Program-made: the position numbers and the translations under genes
Assembly: GCA_951406725.2 (NCBI GenBank)
Contig: OX597823.1
Coordinates: forward strand, 36,890,001-36,954,000
Origin: Octopus vulgaris
Taxonomy: Eukaryota
Direction: 5' to 3'
Length of the DNA stretch: 64,000 bases
The notes under the pieces: generated by a model
The model's input: the letters and a program-made list of their open reading frames with translations, nothing else
Told to the model about the DNA's origin: nothing
The model's database searches: none
Shown: piece by piece, positions 27,120-44,565 of the stretch
Layout: every line of letters begins with the position of its first letter
Position numbering within the stretch: position 1 is the stretch's first letter

Positions 27120-30045
27120 ATTTTATATTCGGAGTTATCGAACGTCTTTTTTGCTACTGCTGTTTAAAGGTATTTGTTACATTGTTGTTGATTTGTTTTT
27201 GTTGAACTCCCCTGTTTCTGTGTTTTTCGAGACACTTTTTGTCTGCGTTGCAGCAGATTTCTTCCCCCCTTGTTTGAAGGAAACTTAATATTTTTTGTAT
27301 CTCATTTTATTCTCAAAAAGAGTATATCCTCCGACGGGGAAGACTTACATTTTGACAAATTATTAGAAGCAATAGTAATGACCATGCCTGCGCCAGCAGA
27401 CCAAACGGAAAATACGACAAAGAAAACCGACGACAGCTCTGAGAAAAATAAGGGAAAAAATGACTAATTTCGCAGCTGTAGCTGAAGTAAACAAAGATGA
27501 CTTAAAAAGTGAACAAAGCGAACTAGGAAAGTACAACGGTCTCCTTCAAAGGGAGGCGCACAACGTAAAATTGGTACTTCTCAGCGAAGTCACTCACACC
27601 ACCCGAAGGAAGACTATAACATTTAAAACGTACTTCATCAAAAACAAAAGAATAGACTTGGCCCCCAAAGAGGCCGTAGAAAACTTTTTACACCCCACAT
27701 GGCAAGATATCTCTGATATAGCCAGGGGGATGAGATATGCCACTGTGTAGGTAGGGTTTTACAACGAGGAAAAAGCCAGGCAACATTCTGCGACCTCACT
27801 CAAGTTAGTCGAAGTGGTTCTCCTGCCAACATACCTTGGAAGGCGTACTTTCAGGGTGACTGTAGGAGAAATACCACCGGAGATTGATGTTGCCTGGCTC
27901 GTAGTAGCACTGGTATGAGGCTTGGAGAACAAAATCACTATCCTTCAAGCCACCAAATTTCACAAACAGAACTGGCAGGGGCAGGGGTTAGAGATGCTAA
28001 TCCAAGCTACGCCTGCCGATCTGGAGAAGAAACAAATCTAAGGGTCATGGTGGAGAGATGAAAATCTCGTTGTTATAAGTGTGGCCAAAAAGACCACATA
28101 AGAGCAGAGTGTCTTCTACCACCTGTACCCACACCACCCGCGAAAACTTCTGTACCTCCACCAACCGAAAAATCATTTGTACCCCCCACTACCCGTGAAA
28201 ACTTCGGTACCTCCACCAGCCGCGAAAACTTCTGTATCCTACCACCCATGAAAACTACTCATGAAGTGGGGAAAATACAGAGAGACAGAAGCCTATAGAA
28301 GACCCGAAAACAGTTAAAAGAAAAGAAACAGGAGTCGAAACATTACCACAAGATACAGATTGGACTATCGTCGGCCCCCAAAATTAAAAAAAGAAGAGAA
28401 AGGAAGAACCCCCTCCCAATCCTCACAGACACTAATACACCGACCACAAGCACACGCTTACTCGCCACAATAAACGCACAAGATCTCCAAACTCCTCGCC
28501 CATCGCCCAGCAAGTCATGTATAAACATTACAGCCATTAACATTCAAAACAGAATTAAAAAAACAAATAGACAGCATCACAACAGTAAATCCATTTAACA
28601 AATCCCAAAACCCAAGTACCCCTTCTCATATTTATTTTTACATCATTGACAGTATAAGTTACAGTGTAATTAAAAAATCATTCCCCGAAGACGTTGGACA
28701 TTACAAAGGAATTTTTAATCTTATTTATATAGACAATTCTTAAAGAATACCCCACAAACCACACCATCTGAAAACCTGGACGAGGAGAGATTACCATAAA
28801 TGTACGCGGCCTGGAGTCAGAGTGGAAGCAAAGCTACCTCTGTGACAACCTCAGGTCGAATAAATTGGATTTAGTAGTTACTATTGAAACTAGACTGAGT
28901 GGATTGCAGGCTTTTTCACCGTTCCTAAACGGCTACGAGAAATTTATTTCTCCTAGGCAACCTGGAGTGGGAGAAGGAGTCACAGTTCTACTCAGAAAAA
29001 ATCTGGATTTAGAGGTAAGAAGTGTCTTTGTAGAACCGGTGGGCAGGTTAATCGTTCTTGATGTGACGCACAGCAGCGGTAAGTCTTTCAGGTTGGTGGC
29101 TGTCTATGCTCCTTGTGGAGCAGAGCAGTCTGACTATTTCAGAAGCCTAGAGAATTTTCTAGTAACGTCACACACTTTAGTGTTGTTAGGTGACTTTAAC
29201 ATAATCTGCGATGCACCCGGATAAGTGAGGAAACTTTTGCCTCAGCAGTCTGCTAAGACGTTTTCAGCTGACAGACTGATTCATACTGAATCACTTGGAT
29301 GTATCATTGTGAACATTGGCGAATAACGAGGGGTCGTCCAGATCTTATCTAGATAGGATTATTGTTAGAATTAAAGATAAGAACTTAGCTAGTTGTCCAC
29401 AACATCATATTGTCAACTACAATGATCACAAATTTGTGACCTGTAGGTTTGACTTAGTATGTGTAGACAAAGGCAGGGTTACTGGATGCTAAATAGGTCA
29501 CTTTTGGCCAGTGAAGCCTACAGGAACTGGATTAGGCAGTTAGTGATGAGGGTATTAAGTGGTACCATTAACAACAAATGGTGGTATGCCCTCAAATGAG
29601 CCATTAAAGTTGAGTCAATTAGTTTTAGTAAGGAGCTAGCTAGTAATAGAAATAGAATAGAAAGGGCTTTAGTTAAGGCTCTACAAGAGGCTATGAGATC
29701 AGACTCTGCACCCAGGTTTTTGGTTGCGAGGCTGGCATTCGAACAACGCCTCAAAGCTAGACACGAAGGGTGCATTGCCAGAGCTAAGTTACGTAAAATG
29801 GGACAAGAGGGAATCAACGTCACTGAATGGGCCCGCATGGTAGACAGCCAACGCGGTAATAATGCAGCAATAAGGTCTTTGACGGACCAACATGAGCGTT
29901 CAGTAAACGAACCAGATGAGACGTACATGGTTTTTCACGAGCATTTCACCCAGCTTTTCGGGAGGGGCGACGGGCCGGAGTGTAGGTTTGCCGCGTCTCT
30001 CTCGAGGTGGGAAGCGGAATGCTGTGAAGGTTTATACATTCCCTA
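27120..30045 (+). mobile_element. Tx1/L1-clade LINE, decayed ORF1 plus 5' half of ORF2
   Basis: ORF1 zinc knuckle RCYKCGQKDHIRAEC (~28065-28115). APE motifs VTIETRL, FRLVAVYAPCG, VLLGDFN, SRSYLDRI and DHKFVTC. Contains stops and frameshifts. Confidence 0.82.
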
Positions 30046-30187
30046 ATCCAAGAATGTAGGATCATATTGTACGCTTTACGATAATCGATCCATGACATGT
30101 CTAAGTTAGTTTTCCTCCTCTTGTAGTCTCTAAGTACAGTTTTGAAAACCAGGTATTATTATGATTATTATTATTATCATCATCATT

Positions 30188-30373
30188 CAGTAGTTTTATT
30201 TTTATAACGTGCTTTCACTTCCCTACCGAGCGCAGCTCTGTGTGCCTTGGGTATGTGCTGTGATTTGTTGTGATGCTCTGATGGTTACTGTATTGAAAGT
30301 GTTCTGCGTACGATGTGCGCAGTGCCCAGTAGTGCAATTTTCTGTATGTTATATGTGTTTGTAAGTCCTGGTG

Positions 30374-30376
<3 letters not shown>
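30188..30376 (-). mobile_element. 3' end of an R4/Dong-like LINE
   Basis: Minus strand TPGLTNTYNIQKIALLGTAHIVRRTLSIQ*, lying among (ATT)n/(ATC)n repeats. Confidence 0.75.
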
Positions 30377-30458
<82 letters not shown>

Positions 30459-30562
30459 ATTTGACATACACAGGAACGATTTCTACAATGGCTAGCACCT
30501 GGAGGTGGTGAGGAGCATCACTATTGAGAAAATATATCGAATTCTATAAAGTGATGACTGTA

Positions 30563-30635
<73 letters not shown>

Positions 30636-31478
30636 TTGTGTGTAACATTATTGTTAGTGACAATCGTGTCACATAGCTGAACGTGTAACAAGTTCATTTC
30701 GAAATCACAGGACCCCAGGTTCGAACCTACTGCATTGTATCTTTGATAAATGTCTTTTACTGTAGCCTTCGGTCTACCCAAACCTAGTTAATGTCATTTA
30801 TGAGACGGAAAGTGTGCGGAAGCTTGTTGAATGGATTGTATCTGAAATTAACAAGGCCCACCGTTCGCACAAAATCTGGGTCACACTGATTCTGTCGGAA
30901 AATTCTGTTTAGGAGACACAGGCTTGTCCGATGTTCTATTATCAAACACATCAATTCAATAAGCAGGTTTAGTACTCACCGTGGAGATCGACGGAGATCC
31001 ATCAAATATTTTGACTTTTATTTCCAGAGATGAAGGATGGGGGAGTGTTATGATGGTGTTGTCTTTGTTAATCATCAAAATACTTGTAGTGGTATAAGGT
31101 CTGTTGTTTAACCTCAGTCCTGATCAAGTACACCTACGACATACATAGCTTATATTCGCGGCCATCTCGTAAATTCAGGGCAATATTGTCAAATATGATG
31201 CGAAGACTTTGTTGCATCTCGGAAGGGTCATTTTGCCAATAATAAATAGACGCACTGGTTCTACATTTTTAACTGTCAATTGCCAATAGGTTAACTATTT
31301 AACCAATTAACCACTCGCTTGTTTAGTTGACTGCTCAGTCAATCAAGCAGTCAGTTACTGCATATCATAGACCTACATTAGAGAGGGCATGTCATTGAAG
31401 AGGTCGCAAATCGGCAACGAAAGGAGTTTCACAAACAAAACATATCGATTGAATCCTCGAACGCTTAATCAAATAATC

Positions 31479-31860
31479 GGAGGCGCAATGGCCCAGTGGT
31501 TAGGGCAGCGGACTCGCTGTCGTAGGATCGCGGTTTCAATTCCCAGACCGAGTGTTGTGAGTGTTTATTGAGCGAAAACACCTAAAGCTCCACGAGGCTC
31601 CGGCAGGGATGGTGGTGATCCCTGCTGTACTCTTTCACCACAACTTTCTCTCGCCCTTACTTCCTGTTTCTGTTGTACCTATATTTCAAAGGGCCGGCCT
31701 TGTCACTCTCTGTGTCACGCTGAATATCCCCGAGAACTACGTTAAGGGTACACGTGTCTGTGGAGTGCTCATCCACTTACACGTTAATTTCACGAGCAGG
31801 CTGTTCCGTTGATCGGATCAACCGGAACCCTCATCGTCGTAACCGACGGAGTGCTTCCAC
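31479..31860 (+). mobile_element. tRNA-derived SINE (second family) with 12-bp TSD
   Basis: Box A TGGCCCAGTGG and box B-like GGTTTCAATTCC. Flanked by AATCAAATAATC at 31467-31478 and 31861-31872. Confidence 0.88.
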
Positions 31861-33029
31861 AATCAAATAATCAATTATCTAATTAGTTAAATGTTATCAA
31901 ATTCACAAATAAACAATAAAGAAATGAAATAGAACCACGTGTGTGTTTATTATTGGTAAAATGATCCTACTAAGGTAAATACATAATCTATTTCAACACA
32001 CAAGATCTTGCAAACCAAATGCAAAACGAAATATGCGAAGATTTCGCGGATATTTCTAGCAGGTCAATTGTCTACGTAAAGTTTCCCCTGCTATCCGTGG
32101 AGGTAGCAGCGGCGGTGGCTGTGGTGGTGGTGATAGTAATGGTAGTATTGGCGGTGCGTTGGGGGGGGGGGGGGGTAATACTGACTGTAGTGGTGATAGT
32201 GCTGCTGCTGCTACCATCAGGCAGGCGAAATGAGCAGCTGTGAAAACAAAATGAATTGTTTGTAGAGAACATGATAATGATGATGGCGACGACGACGATG
32301 GTGATGGTGATGATGATGATGATGCTGATGGTGGTGGTGATAACGATGACGATGATGAATATTGGTGGTGCTGGAGGTGGTGGTGACGACGACGACGACA
32401 ACAACAACGATGAGGATGATGATAATGACAACTACGAGATGATCTTTGTGGTAGAGATATAGGCAGTGGCACTGATGGTGACGAAGTCGATAATGATGAT
32501 GTCAGTATCGAGAATTCACATTTTTCCCGTAGGTCTGTTGAACAACTACCAGTAGTACGCGGCTCTCTGTGGACATTCAGTTATCTTAGCAGATATTAAA
32601 AAAAACACAAACCACAGTGCGTGGTTTGAGGTACAATCACGACAGCCAACTGACCATCACCACCGAACTTCAGCTGCAATATAAAGTACCAAAACCACCA
32701 CCACCACATAATCCAAATATGCCAAAGAAATTCTTCAATACATCTTTAACTCATTGCAATTGTTTCGGTACCAACTCTTGTTGCAACGCCAGCTTACGCA
32801 AATATTCGAAGTGAAAATTTATGCAATATCAGAGTCGCTCTTTATCAGACTTGCATCAAAGGTGCGCTTTCATATTGTGCGTCTTCCAGACATCATTTTT
32901 CGGGTGAAACTGTTGTGTATTGAACTCCTTATTAACATATATCAAATGCTCTACAGTTATTTAGATAAATCAAAAACTGTCAGTCACATGGCATGCATGA
33001 ATTTTATGTGAACTTGTCTGATTTTCACC

Positions 33030-33185
33030 TAAATGAACAAATATGCACGGAAGCTTATCCTTTGCCACAAGTAGGAACTATATTCAGCAAGCTTAGTGGG
33101 GCAAGATTCTTCGCTAAGATTGACTTAACCGACGCATTTCAGCAGATCGAGCTCGATGAAAATAGTCAGAGCATGTTCCTTAGTG
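33030..33185 (+). pseudogene. Ty3/Gypsy RT fragment
   Basis: EAYPLPQVGTIFSKLSGARFFAKIDLTDAFQQIELDENSQ. Confidence 0.8.
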
Positions 33186-33556
33186 TCTGAGGACATGTAC
33201 ATTTCTTATCTCGAGCAGTTGTGGGGAGCATCATACTCATGTGTTGAGAGGAATTCTTTGGGATTTAGATAATTTACCTCTAGAAACGTAGGTGTTTCGT
33301 TCATCATCCTTAAACTAACCTTATTCAGGGACCTTTTGAGTGGGATGGGCTGCTCGACCTGAAGAAAATCTAACTCGGCCCTACCTGCAAAGTCATGCGC
33401 TGTTTATCTTGACATGTGATCACCATGTCGTGAACATATGGATGTGATGCATGTGCCTGGTGTACTCGTATGAGAGGGATAGTCACGGTGGCGGTACTGG
33501 GCTTCATATATTTGTATCCCAGTATCACTTTGATGGTATGCGCACCTCTTTCACTC

Positions 33557-33742
<186 letters not shown>

Positions 33743-35760
33743 GACCAGTCATCTACTGGCACAAACTCTTCTCTGAATACGAACCATGATGGTCACTTGA
33801 ACAGGAACTGCCCTAACTCGAGCCCTCCAAGTTCCCCACCACACCCACCACAGAAAGAAAAATATAAGAGGATCAAATAGACCCAAAAAGATTATACAGA
33901 AGTAATATACGCCTATTACTATGCATTAGGTGGACCACCTGAAGAGACACACACACTTAAACTTAGATATGTTTCGACCAAAGATTGGTCCAGGCCATGT
34001 CTAACTTAATAGCACCACCTCTTATCAAATATGGCGAACACGAAATCAAGACTGCAGACTATATTTAGACGAAAACAAGTCAGCAAATGTTATGAGGGAT
34101 ATCTTCAGAAATAAAAGACTCACAGATAGTGAAGCAACCGTCATCAAGCACGCTGAGGAAAATGACTTAAATATATGACAGAAAGGAAATGAAGAATCAC
34201 ACGAAGAGAGAAACTCTACACGAGTTTCAGTTGAAAGATTGCCATCTGACCAGAACACGCAAACGTCTGAAGAAATGAATTGTAATGAACCGGATAACGA
34301 TAGCGAGGAAGTGGTAAAGAAACAATATTTGGAGACTACACATTTACTGAAGAATATAGAGAGTCTATGATAGAAATGAAGCAGAAAATGCTGAGTAAGC
34401 TTGTAGTTGTAAGACGTGCCAATATGCATGATAGAGAACCACTTCATAACCTCTCAAATACAATTCAAAATAGAAGACAAATTAAAATTGGAAACTATGT
34501 AACAGAAGAAATCATACAAGAGCTAAAACCAGATCTCACTGAGTTAAACGAAATTATCTACGCAGCTGCCAAGTCAGTTGAAACCATTTGTATGCCTCTT
34601 AAAAGACAAAGAAATACAAACCTGAGAAGAATTCCAAACTGGAAAAGTAAAATTGAAAAAGAGATTGAAATAGCGAGATGTAAAATATCGATATTGAAGG
34701 AACTTATCTGGGGAAACGATGTAAAATCTTGAAAAGAAAAAATATGAAGAGAAAACATAGTTTCTCACCAAGAGAACTGCTTTCAACAAAAGAAATACTA
34801 CAACAAAACGTCAAAGTAAAAGCTCAAAGAATACGAAGATTTGAGAAGAAAAACAAATTTGACAAGCAAAATAAGCTGTTCACATCCAATGCGAAAACAT
34901 TCTACAGAGAAATAGGGAAAGAGAAAATAACCGTTGAATATCCCCCCACCTCCCATGGAAGAAGTTGAAAACTTTTGACAAGAAAATAAGTCGTCTATTT
35001 TATATCGATGACTTAAAATTCTATGGCAAAGTCGATAATGATCTTGAAGGACTACTATGTACCGTGAAAACATTCAATGATGACATCAGGATGGAATTTG
35101 ATCTTGATAAACGTGCCAAGGCCACTTTCCAGAAAGGGAATTTGAAGACCCCCACATCCAGTGGTGTTAGATGTTGACACAGTTATAAAAGAACTCAAGC
35201 AGGAACAAACTTACAAATACCTCGGAATAAAGGAGAGATATGGCATTCAGCATGCAAGTATGAAAGAGAATAAGAGACGCCACGACAATATATCTAGGCT
35301 TGTCCATTGGACACTTTACAACAAGTACGCATTTGCTAGAGCAAAAAATTGGTACGACCACAAACCTGAAGGCATCGTCGAAAATAGAAATGCAAAGATC
35401 CTATGGGATTTTATGATTCAGTGCGACCATGAGATAGACAATAGTAAGCCGGACATAGTCTTAATTGAGAAAGAAAACAAACTATGCTAGATCATAAATA
35501 TAGCATGCCCAGCTGACAACACGGTATGCGATAAGGAAGAAAAAAAAGTCTAGAGATACGTTAGGTTAACTTGGGAAGTTAAGCAGTTGTGGTCGATGAA
35601 AAAGGTAGCAGTAGTACCAATAATTGTCGGAGCCTTGGGAACAGTGAGCAAAAATCTCGAGAAGTACGTGGAACAAATAAGGATGGAGTACTTGCAGAAA
35701 ACAGCACTGCTTGGAACAGCTGACACCGCAGTACATCTCCAGCATTAGAAGCTGTACAAA
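33743..35760 (+). mobile_element. R4/Dong-like RLE LINE with internal deletions, flanked by (AAT)n
   Basis: Peptides DLTELNEIIYAAA, KAQRIRRFEK, LFYIDDLKFYGK, TYKYLGI, RRHDNISRLVHW, ILWDFMIQCDHEIDNSKPDIVL and VPIIVGALG. Confidence 0.85.
33961..34020 (-). mobile_element. ~60-bp 3' tail of the CR1/L2-group LINE nested in the R4-like LINE
   Basis: The reverse complement AGGTGGTGCTATTAAGTTAGACATGGCCTGG..CGAAAC matches 40210-40258. Confidence 0.8.
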
Positions 35761-35791
35761 GGCAATAATAATAATAATGATGATGATGATG

Positions 35792-35850
<59 letters not shown>

Positions 35851-35854
35851 GATA

Positions 35855-35937
<83 letters not shown>

Positions 35938-36225
35938 CCTTTCTACTGAAGCACAAGCCTGCAATTTGTGGGGAGGGGACTAATCGAAAGCAAAGTCGAC
36001 CTCGAATGGCTTCAAATTTTGGTACAAGGTCATATGTTTGGGAGAGGGGGCAAGTTGATTACTTGAGTCCTGTGCTGAACTGGTACTTATTTCATCCACC
36101 TCAAAAGAATAAAAGCTTAAGTCGATTCCGGTGGTATTTGAACTTAGAACATAATGATGGACAAAATGCCGCTAAGCCTATTCTCGGAGGGGATAACGAT
36201 TCTGTCAGCTCACCGCCTTATAATA
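35938..36225 (-). mobile_element. Degenerate SINE (family of 41480)
   Basis: Contains AATGCCGCTAAGC...TAACGATTCTG(C)CAGCTCACCGCCT, the reverse of the 41480 head. Confidence 0.6.
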
Positions 36226-36521
36226 TATCAATAATAATAACCATGCTAGAAAAATCATTTAAAGATTTTTGTTTAAAATTACAGCTTAGAATCTAGCTAG
36301 TACCGTAAGAATACAAAGAATTGATTGAACTATGAAATGATCGAAGATTATCAAAAGTTGTTGATCAGTAGAGATGAAAGAAAAAAAAAAGGATTCATGT
36401 GAGAGTTTGTTGAAAACACTAATTCTAAAAATGGTTTTAACAATAACAAACAAAAAAATCTAGGAAATTTGAAAAACATATATTCTGGTTTTGGGATAAC
36501 ATGAAATTTCCTAGAATACAC

Positions 36522-36617
<96 letters not shown>

Positions 36618-36621
36618 GTCT

Positions 36622-36683
<62 letters not shown>

Positions 36684-36972
36684 AATCTAACTAGCTAGCT
36701 ATTCACAGCCCGAAGAAGAACGAAATCATTCTTATTAGACGAAGTATTTGCCGATATGCGTAAAACCTGGTCAAGTTAGAATTAAATAATGTCGCACGAA
36801 GCAATGTTAAATACGAAATATTTGAGTATATTGTGCATATTTTATATACCATTTTATATAAATACTTTATTACTTGAGTTGAATACGCTTTTGTTCTGAT
36901 TATGGATAACTACCTCATAATATGTACATTCTCAGTACCATTTATAACATTCCATGTCTTTTAATAGCTCCA

Positions 36973-37062
<90 letters not shown>

Positions 37063-37103
37063 ATGTATATATATGTATATATATATGTATATATATATGT
37101 ATA

Positions 37104-40849
<3,746 letters not shown>

Positions 40850-40867
40850 ATATATATATTAACATTT

Positions 40868-41410
40868 AAATAATGAGGGAGATAAATTGAATATTAATTT
40901 AATTAATATCAATTTAAAACCAGTAGCCTAGCATACAAAAATCTGAAAAATCAGAGAAAATTCTAATACATGTGTATATTTAAAGAGCTAAAAAACCACT
41001 AAGTGGTCAGCCGTATGCTAGAAGTAGATCACCAACGATCAAACTACAAAAAAAAAAAGAATGTTCTCTAGAGAAAAATTCAGCGGACACCAGAACAATA
41101 TGCGGGCAATATGTAAGGAAAACTGGTGGTTAGTTTTACAAATTATATTACCTGTGGATCGATCGTACTGACGAGCCTACGGACGAGGGATTACGTAAGT
41201 GATTCATTAGTGAATAGGCGAAACCGCCGGTCTGCGAGTAATTCTTGTTTTTTTTTTATATAATTTTCATCTGTCTTGCCCGCATATTGTTCTGGTGTTC
41301 GCTGAATTTTTCTCTAGAGAACATTCTTTTTTTTTTGTAGTTTGATCGTTGGTGATCTACTTCTAGCATACGGCTGACCACTTAGTGGTTTTTTAGTTCT
41401 TTAAATATAC
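40868..41410. mobile_element. Fold-back non-coding HHR element between (TA)n tracts
   Basis: ~135-bp inverted arms at 40974-41109 and 41276-41410 enclose an HHR. Terminal motifs are shared with the 533-bp unit. Confidence 0.8.
41163..41237 (+). ncRNA. Type I hammerhead ribozyme
   Basis: TCGTA-CTGACGA-GCCTA[35 nt]TAGGC-GAAAC C gcc G GTC-TGCGA. All core nucleotides are canonical. Confidence 0.85.
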
Positions 41411-41415
41411 TTTAA

Positions 41416-41476
<61 letters not shown>

Positions 41477-41479
41477 AGG

Positions 41480-41675
41480 GGTCGGCGGGCTGGCAGAATC
41501 GTTACCATGCCGGGTAAAAATGTTTAGCGGCCTTTTGTCCGTCTTTACGTTTAAGTTCCACCGAGGTCGACACTTTACCTTTCATCTTCTTAGGTCTGGT
41601 AAAATATGTACCTGTTGAGTACTGGGATTCCCCCTACCCCCGAATTTACTGACCTTGTGCCAAAGTCTGGAACTT
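41480..41675 (+). mobile_element. Degenerate SINE (third family)
   Basis: GGCGGGCTGGCAGAATCGTTA...CCGAGGTCGAC..TTT..CCTTTCATC. A related minus copy lies at ~36 kb. Confidence 0.6.
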
Positions 41676-42045
41676 TTTATATATATGCGTATGTAATGGA
41701 ACAATTAAAAGATATAATTCATAATATGGAATTTCATAATTGACACTAAGAATACCAGGTTGGCATCTGTTTAATGTTTTCCTTAACAAGAGACTTCGTA
41801 CATATGGAGAAATCTTTACATTTAATTATCTTCACGTTTGGGAGTCTCGGTTTGCGAAGAGATATTTTCTGTTAGTTGTTTTATTGGCTATATAATTTTA
41901 GATAATATAATGCGAAACCTGCACCGTGTTCCAATGGAAACAGTAACTTGGCTTCAGTATGTGTTTTGATGTTAAAAAGAGCAATAGTTTCATCGGCAAA
42001 TTATGTTACAATGTATTCGTCGTCGTAGTCGTCGTTGTCGTCATC

Positions 42046-42170
<125 letters not shown>

Positions 42171-42206
42171 GTCTATCTATCTGTCTATCTATCTATCTAT
42201 CTATCT

Positions 42207-42908
42207 ATGGGTGGAGGTGGCGAACGCATACATCGCATCCGTCATGGAGTACCGTCTGACCGTCGTGCCTTGTCCTGACCCTACCATCACCAAACTGGAA
42301 CGCATACTCTTCAGCTTGTTGTGGAAGGGAAGCGCTCCGATGGTTAGGTGATCCATTTGCTGTCAACACCCGCTAAATGGAGGGCTAGGCATGCCGTGGT
42401 TGATGATGCGCAGACATGCACTGAGACTGTGACATCTCCGGCGCTTCATAGACGACGGTGAACAGGTGTAGTCGCCGTTTGTGCAGCGCGTTTCCGGCAG
42501 CTCGACTCCTTGGGCGAACTGCAGTCATGAATCAGAGACCGAGGCTAGGCGAATGGTATCGCGAGTGTCGCGTTGCTGTCAAGCAACTCTGCCGTCCGGG
42601 ACCAAACGTGTGCGACTTCATCACAACAAAGGCGTTCTATAGAGGATTAGTGGAGGGGAGGTGCGACGATGTCCTCGGGCAGAATTTGGGCGTCGACAAG
42701 GAACACCTGACCCACTTGTTCAGGACAACTTTCGGGCCGGGACCTATGGACAATCACCAAAGATCCCTGGCTTGGCAGTGCTATCGAGAAGCATTACCTG
42801 TTCGGGATAAGCTCGACATGCACGGTTCGAGAAACACCGAAGCGACTTGCCCGAAATGCGGTCAAAGCGACGAAACCGTTCTGCACGCATTCGTGCAGTG
42901 TCCAACCA
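42207..42908 (+). mobile_element. Tx1/L1-clade LINE 3' fragment
   Basis: Peptides [27 protein letters not shown] and LAWQCYREALPVRDKL...CPKCGQSDETVLHAFVQCP (zf-RVT). Confidence 0.82.
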
Positions 42909-43586
42909 TGATTTTTACAATTGCAATTTAGGAACCACTGCGTCTGTTATGGTAGAAGGCAGCCCAAGGTACTGCGTAGGGCTTCGAACCCGGTCTTACA
43001 TGTTTGCGATACGAAATGTTTAACCATACACGCGAAACATGCGCCTAAGGTACTCCTCGCTCTTTCTCTCTCGCCTCACTCATCTGTGTGTGTATTTCTG
43101 TGTCAGTATAACATCTCTCTATCTCTGTCTCTCACTGTCTTTATCTCTCTTCATCTCTCTTTTTCCTCTCCTTTTCATACAATCTCTCTGTGAGTGATCT
43201 ATCGTGAAAATGTGTTCAGATTTGTACGTAGGTAGATGTGACTCTATAAATGTGTATGTGTATGTTTGTGTGTGCGTATGTGTGTTAGTATGTACGCGTG
43301 TGTGTATTTACTCAGTTGTTCAGTGGATTAGTATTTAACTAAATACACATCATCTCTGTAATCAGCACAAATCTATCTGCGCGTGTGAGCATGGCAGCTA
43401 TGTATGTGTGTATGTATGTATGTATGTATGTATGTATGTATGTATGTATGTATGTATGTATGTATGTATGTATGTATGTATGTATGTATATGTCGGTAAA
43501 TATCTAAACCTGTATCTATGTCTATATACATGTACATATGCAAATTTACAAACGAGTGTGTGTATATATATATATACATATATATA

Positions 43587-44082
43587 CTAGCAGAATTGCC
43601 CGGCGATGCTCGGGGCTGAATTGCTTGAAAGTATTGTTAATGGTTGCACTGAATTATGATGATTATTCAGGCAAATATTGATATAAGTTTACGGCGAATG
43701 AATGTATTTGCAAGTGTATAGAAAGCCGTGTAAAGGGGTTCCTACCCCCTCGTAGAATGGTGTAAGAATTGAATGCGATGTTGCCTTGAAAAGAGCCATG
43801 TTATTGTTGTCATAATTGTAAGAATTTGATAGTCGTGGAAGGCGGTGTAAAACGTTCGCAGGTGAATAGGGTCTCTTCGTTTTCCACGAACGGCAGCGGA
43901 TGTGCTGTTACAAAACTTCATGCTGTGTTAAAAGAGAATGGATGCCCTATGTAGTGGTGTGAGGTTGATAGTGTTATGTTGTCTGTACGGAAATAAAAGG
44001 TCCATATTTTTATCCTTCACTTCCTACACACACACACACACTCACACACACACACACAGACACACACACACACACACGCACG

Positions 44083-44150
<68 letters not shown>

Positions 44151-44370
44151 TAGCTTACAATTTGTTTCTTTCAACAATTGACAACTGTAACAAATACACA
44201 CGTGTGTGTGTGTGTTTGAGTGTTTTTTGTTGTGTTTCCTGCATCGACAATTCATTTCCACCCAGTTTAGCAATTCTGTCTTCAACGTCAATGAGTGTTT
44301 TGTTATAGATTTCATTGCTGATACCTTCCATGTCAGGATAGAGCAGTTGAGCTTTGCGCTGAAGGGGACA
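43587..44370 (-). mobile_element. Non-autonomous Helitron 3' part with RepHel-like remnant
   Basis: Minus-strand end CCCG agcatcgc CGGG...CTAG|T. Peptide [25 protein letters not shown] (~44250-44330) resembles the Helitron pre-helicase region. Confidence 0.6.
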
Positions 44371-44432
44371 ATGTTTTTGAGATTCCAGTTCGAATGTAAG
44401 GCAGGTTTGAAAGTTGCATGTATATATGTACA

Positions 44433-44565
44433 AAATCCACTGAGAAGGCTTTTGTTGGTCTGAAGCTACAGCAGAAGACACATGCCAAGTCACCACACAG
44501 TGGGACTGAACCCAGGGCCATGTGTTTGGAACGTAGTTTGTTACCACACAGCCACAACTGCACCT
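44433..44565 (-). mobile_element. SINE 5' fragment (4547 family)
   Basis: CAGTGGGACTGAACCCAGGGCCATGTG...TTACCACACAGCCAC. Confidence 0.8.

Noticed and set aside
31479-31550. tRNA gene (also the heads at 4547 and 40396)
   Set aside because: Box A/B are followed by SINE bodies and, at 31479, a TSD. There is no complete cloverleaf.
36708-36775. CCGAAGA...AAAACCTGGTC
   Set aside because: Core is incomplete and there is no stem pairing.
36954-37157. ATG start and N-terminus of the 1079-aa ORF (likewise 61127-61648 for the 722-aa ORF)
   Set aside because: These are in-frame read-through of flanking (TA)n and are not part of the LINE protein.
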